Of a DNA stretch of 9,199 bases, positions 6,302-9,199 are shown one piece after another. A program made the translations under genes and the position numbers. This DNA comes from Candidatus Iainarchaeum sp. (GTDB lineage: Archaea; Iainarchaeota; Iainarchaeia; Iainarchaeales; GCA-2688035). The stretch lies in contig JAQTNI010000046.1 in NCBI GenBank assembly GCA_028713935.1, positions 1 to 9,199 of the forward strand, read 5' to 3'. The notes beneath the pieces are model-generated. The model had not been told where the DNA came from and ran no database searches. It saw nothing but the letters and a program-made list of their open reading frames with translations. The stretch's first letter is position 1, and each line of letters begins with the position of its first letter.

Positions 6302-6332
6302 AAAAAAAACCAGTGAATAAAATTCATAATAA

Positions 6333-7538
6333 TTAAGACTTTTTCCTATTTAATTGTTTCCCGGCTTCGGAAATCTCAAGCTTGAATTCACTGAGCCTTT
6401 TCCTGTAATATTCCTCTGAAATAGACCTTTCCTTGAAATACTTTGCCTGCAAATTCTCAATTTCCCTGTTCAAAAAAGCAATTTTTTTCTCCAGGCCTTT
6501 TTTTGAAGAACGCCTTTTTTCAAAAAAAACAGCCAAAAAAACAGCAGCCAAAATCACAATTATAATTGCGCCAAAAGCAAGCTGATTCCCAAAGCCAAGC
6601 CAAAAGCCCTTTTCAACAAAAAAAGTCTCTTCCCTTGAAGCGGAATTGCCAAAAGCATCTGTAACAGCCAGCACAACAGTGTGAGGCCCAATGCTTTCCC
6701 CGCCAAAAAGCTTCTGATAAGAAAACCTTTTTTCAGAAACCTGCTGCAAAAACCCCTTATTGCCACAGCATTCAATGGAAACAACAGGCTCCTTCAGCGG
6801 AGTTCCATCAGCATAAGTAATTTCAACCAGAATATTCTGCAGCACCCCTGCTTCAATCCTGCCTATCACCACAGGCTCAATAACGGAAATAATCATTTTT
6901 GCTTTTTCAATTCCAAAAGCCTTTACAAATTGCCCCCTTATTTTTTGAACAGGGTTTACTGCAACCATGACCAGGTTCCAGCTTGATTCATTAAAATCCA
7001 CTGGAACCAAAAAATTGCCCTTAAACAAGCCATTGCCAACAGGAGTCAAAACAGACTTTGAACCATCGGGCACCCAATAAAAAACATTCGCATCATTGAA
7101 AGAAGCATTGTTAAAAATCACCTGCACAGTAAAATCAACGGAATCATTGCGGCTCAATTTTTCAACTGCAGGGGTGAGAAGCACCAGGGAAAGCAAAACA
7201 GTTTCCTGCTTCGGATAAATAAATGTGTCAACAGAATTTTTGTCCCGAGAATCGGAAAAATCAAATTCCCATTTTCCGGTCGGATAATCAAGGCCTGTCT
7301 GGAATTCAACGGAATAAAAAAAATTCAGGCATTTTGCAGACTTCAAAAAAAGAGTTTCATTGTAAATGGAAACCCGCGCCTCAACAGAACTGCCTGTGCA
7401 GCTTCCCGAAAAAACAATTTTGTCCCCCAAAAAAAAATCTTTTTGCCCGGCATCCATTGAAAGCGCAGCCGCATTCGCCGCAAAAAAACAAAAAACAGCA
7501 AAAAAAACAAAAAATCCAAAACCAATCCTTATAGACAT
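6333..7538 (-). CDS. Type-I membrane surface protein: signal peptide, about 3 Ig/MG-like beta-rich modules, one C-terminal TM helix and a cytoplasmic SHOCT-like coiled-coil tail; paralog of the upstream gene
   Basis: From the ATG at 7538 the protein begins MSIRIGFGFFVFFAVFCFFAANAAA, a signal-like sequence. The TM helix is LAFGAIIIVILAAVFLAVFF (about 6522..6605). The tail is EKRRSSKKGLEKKIAFLNREIENLQAKYFKERSISEEYYRKRL.... The track start at 7571 adds MKSLKRQKGGK and would overlap the upstream gene by 32 nt. The 7538 start leaves a 1-nt gap and has AGGCGGT 4 nt upstream. Confidence 0.7.
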   Translation of the reverse strand: MSIRIGFGFFVFFAVFCFFAANAAALSMDAGQKDFFLGDKIVFSGSCTGSSVEARVSIYNETLFLKSAKCLNFFYSVEFQTGLDYPTGKWEFDFSDSRDKNSVDTFIYPKQETVLLSLVLLTPAVEKLSRNDSVDFTVQVIFNNASFNDANVFYWVPDGSKSVLTPVGNGLFKGNFLVPVDFNESSWNLVMVAVNPVQKIRGQFVKAFGIEKAKMIISVIEPVVIGRIEAGVLQNILVEITYADGTPLKEPVVSIECCGNKGFLQQVSEKRFSYQKLFGGESIGPHTVVLAVTDAFGNSASREETFFVEKGFWLGFGNQLAFGAIIIVILAAVFLAVFFEKRRSSKKGLEKKIAFLNREIENLQAKYFKERSISEEYYRKRLSEFKLEISEAGKQLNRKKS

Positions 7539-7539
7539 T

Positions 7540-9199
7540 TTACCGCCTTTTTGCCTTTTCAAGCTTTTCACTTAGCTTCTGCATTTCAGATTCATACTGC
7601 GCCCTGCTCATCAGGCCTTTCTGGAAATAATTTTCCTGCAACTCCCTTATTCTTGCCTCTGCCAAAGAAATGTTTTTTTTCTTTGAAGTTGCAAACGACC
7701 TTGCAAGTGCGCCCCTGAAAACAAAGAAAAATAATGCGGCCGCAATTGCAAGCACCGCAATCAGCTGCAATGCATTCCTGGCAAGCACATAGGAAAAGCT
7801 TTCCCCTATAACACTCACTTTTTTTTCAACGGAAACAACATTTCCATAAGAATCAGCAACCTTGATTGAAACAAAAGGGCTCCCAACATCTTCCTCGGAA
7901 AAAGCATAGCTCCCAACAAAGCGCCCCGGCTCTGCCTGGCGCAATGGAATTTCCTTTGCATTCACCAAAACAAATGCCTTTGCATCAACAACCTTTGATT
8001 TGTCAGGATAATAAGCCAGGATTTCAAATTCAATAATGTCGCCAATCTGAAAAAAATCATCTTTAGGCAAAATTGTTTCAATTATGGGAGTGGTTTTTTC
8101 AACAACAATTTTGCCAGTTGCAGTTGCCTCTGCAACAATCAATGAACCGTCTTTTTTTGCAGCGGAAACAGAAAAAGAATTTTCGCCTTCCTTTGCAGAA
8201 AACGGAATTACAAGCGAAACAGAATACTTGCCAGGCTCAAATTCAAAAAACCTGGTTTTTTGCCCAAACACCTCTACAAAAGCCTCTGCCTTTTCCACAC
8301 CATTGCCGGATTCATCGGAAATCGCAATAACAAGCGGAACCTCTTCGCCTCTCCCAAAAGACTCTTTTTGAAGCGGCTCTATTGCAATTGAAAGCTTTTT
8401 TGCAAAAACCTTTTCCTTAACTTCAAAAGCCCTCTGGAAAAAAGCCTTGTTTCCATTGCCATCAATTCCCGTAATCAAAAGGGAATATTCCCCAAGCTTG
8501 CCAAGCAATGAAACAGGATAAGAAAAAGAAAAAGCCCCTGTATTTACATCAGAAGCAAAAACACTGTTGAAAACACTTTTTCCCTGGAAAAAAATATTTG
8601 CATCAAGCATTATGCCAACAGGCTTCGCCTTTGCCCTTACAAAGCCCTGCAAATCCAAAACATCACCCAAAGCAACGCTTTGAGGAATATCAAGAACAAC
8701 ATTCAGGTCAGGTTTCACCAAAAAATTTGCCTTTGCTGTTCCAGTAACCCCCCTGAAAACAGCAGTGAATTCAACAGGATTAGGGCCAAGCATTGAAGGC
8801 AAAACATTTACAAAATTGCCATAAATTGCATCAAAAGAACTGCTGTCCCCATGCCTGCTGTCATTGTAAAGCACATAATTCTTTGAGCCAATCCTGAAGC
8901 TCGCTTCCGCGCCAATCACTTTTGATTTCCCATCAGCAAGAATCTCAACAACAACATTTGCCTTTTCCCCAAAAACAAAATAATCATTTACAGAAGGCAC
9001 AATAACAGAAATATCAATGCTCTTCGGAGTGCAATCTGCAGGGCAGCCCTCATAAGTTTCGCTTGATTCACAGGTTGCATTGCCGCAGCAATTTGTCTTT
9101 AAAATAATTTTGCAGACACCGCTGACACAGCCAAGCTCTTTGCAGGCATCATTCCCGTACTGGCCGGAACAATTGCCACAATCGCCTGGGCAACTGCAC
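7540..9199 (-). CDS. Partial (5' end outside the window) large surface protein: Cys-rich head, four tandem Ig/MG-like modules of about 95 aa, a C-terminal TM helix and a SHOCT-like cytoplasmic tail
   Basis: The track start at 9000 is a GTG. The frame stays open upstream to 9199 and reads CSCPGDCGNCSGQYGNDACKELGCVSGVCKIILKTNCCGNATCESSETYEGCPADCTPKSIDISVIV. The modules recur with the pattern G[DE].h.h.h.....A.hFh......G.Y.h.h.h......G....h...D..GN. The TM helix is LQLIAVLAIAAALFFFVF (about 7717..7788). The tail is KKKNISLAEARIRELQENYFQKGLMSRAQYESEMQKL. Confidence 0.72.
   Translation of the reverse strand, partial: CSCPGDCGNCSGQYGNDACKELGCVSGVCKIILKTNCCGNATCESSETYEGCPADCTPKSIDISVIVPSVNDYFVFGEKANVVVEILADGKSKVIGAEASFRIGSKNYVLYNDSRHGDSSSFDAIYGNFVNVLPSMLGPNPVEFTAVFRGVTGTAKANFLVKPDLNVVLDIPQSVALGDVLDLQGFVRAKAKPVGIMLDANIFFQGKSVFNSVFASDVNTGAFSFSYPVSLLGKLGEYSLLITGIDGNGNKAFFQRAFEVKEKVFAKKLSIAIEPLQKESFGRGEEVPLVIAISDESGNGVEKAEAFVEVFGQKTRFFEFEPGKYSVSLVIPFSAKEGENSFSVSAAKKDGSLIVAEATATGKIVVEKTTPIIETILPKDDFFQIGDIIEFEILAYYPDKSKVVDAKAFVLVNAKEIPLRQAEPGRFVGSYAFSEEDVGSPFVSIKVADSYGNVVSVEKKVSVIGESFSYVLARNALQLIAVLAIAAALFFFVFRGALARSFATSKKKNISLAEARIRELQENYFQKGLMSRAQYESEMQKLSEKLEKAKRR

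Noticed and set aside
6302-6332. A T8 tract (minus strand) and TTTTATT between the second surface-protein gene and the KaiC-like ATG, as an archaeal oligo-T terminator
   Set aside because: It sits immediately against the ATPase start codon in a 31-nt spacer. It could equally be promoter or UTR sequence or compositional noise. Calling a terminator here would contradict the otherwise operon-like spacing, and there is no transcript data.
7429-7437. A9/T9 homopolymer in the 5' part of the surface-protein gene, with similar A8-A9 runs at 870..878, 6302..6309 and 7673..7680, as possible slipped-strand phase-variation switches
   Set aside because: Such runs occur throughout the window in housekeeping genes too. 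They follow from Lys (AAA) and Phe (TTT) richness in AT-rich DNA. Without population or read-level length variation there is no support for phase variation.
7539-7571. N-terminal extension MKSLKRQKGGK of the 412-aa ORF, overlapping the upstream gene by 32 nt
   Set aside because: The ATG at 7538 gives a canonical signal-peptide N-terminus (MSIRIGFGFFVFF...), has an SD-like AGGCGGT upstream and removes the overlap. The extension is most likely the upstream gene's tail read in another frame.
7736-7743. A GCGGCCGC (NotI) octamer in a 38% GC context
   Set aside because: It is simply three consecutive Ala codons (AAA) within the TM helix IAAALFF, so it is not evidence of engineering or a cloning scar.
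4618-8371. Remaining antisense or alternate-frame ORFs: 4618..4824, 5075..5407, 5890..6075, 5991..6320, 6560..6784, 6681..6986, 7223..7534, 7343..7525, 7366..7575, 8073..8330 and 8084..8371
   Set aside because: Each is contained within a longer ORF that has family motifs or a coherent signal/TM/repeat architecture. Their Lys/Gln/Phe-rich low-complexity translations are typical of off-frame reads in AT-rich DNA.

Overview
About 38% GC and densely coded. It looks like a small-genome uncultivated organism, most likely a DPANN-type archaeon, though a CPR-like bacterium cannot be excluded. The archaeal hints are a single-domain KaiC/RecA-like ATPase, an MTAP with a C-terminal CXC, A/T boxes about 27 nt upstream of several ATGs, and Cys-rich surface-protein modules. 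The first 120 nt are about 68% GC and encode a SixA-like histidine phosphatase fragment, so there is an abrupt foreign junction at 120/121. Left to right: (i) a 3'-truncated GT2 glycosyltransferase and a flippase-like (LPG_synthase_TM/UPF0104) membrane protein on the minus strand. (ii) A 124-bp divergent promoter region with two inverted repeats. (iii) A plus-strand purine/MTA salvage cluster (apt, PfkB-family kinase, MTA phosphorylase), split by a two-gene cassette: a Tat-signal protein with a RadC/JAB-like HxH...SxxD motif, and a small HNH-fold protein whose catalytic Asp-His is replaced by Val-Gln. (iv) A convergent minus-strand operon with a partial Cys-rich surface protein of tandem Ig/MG-like modules, a shorter paralog, and a KaiC-like ATPase. 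Both surface proteins end in one TM helix plus a related SHOCT-like cytoplasmic tail. The most interesting candidates are this surface-protein/ATPase module and the Tat-JAB + degenerate-HNH cassette. I saw no rRNA, tRNA, CRISPR array or transposase. Two edge-truncated ORFs are missing from the supplied track and were recovered by hand translation: the GT2 gene and the N-terminal extension of the 486-aa ORF. All functional calls rest on motif recognition by eye; no searches were run.
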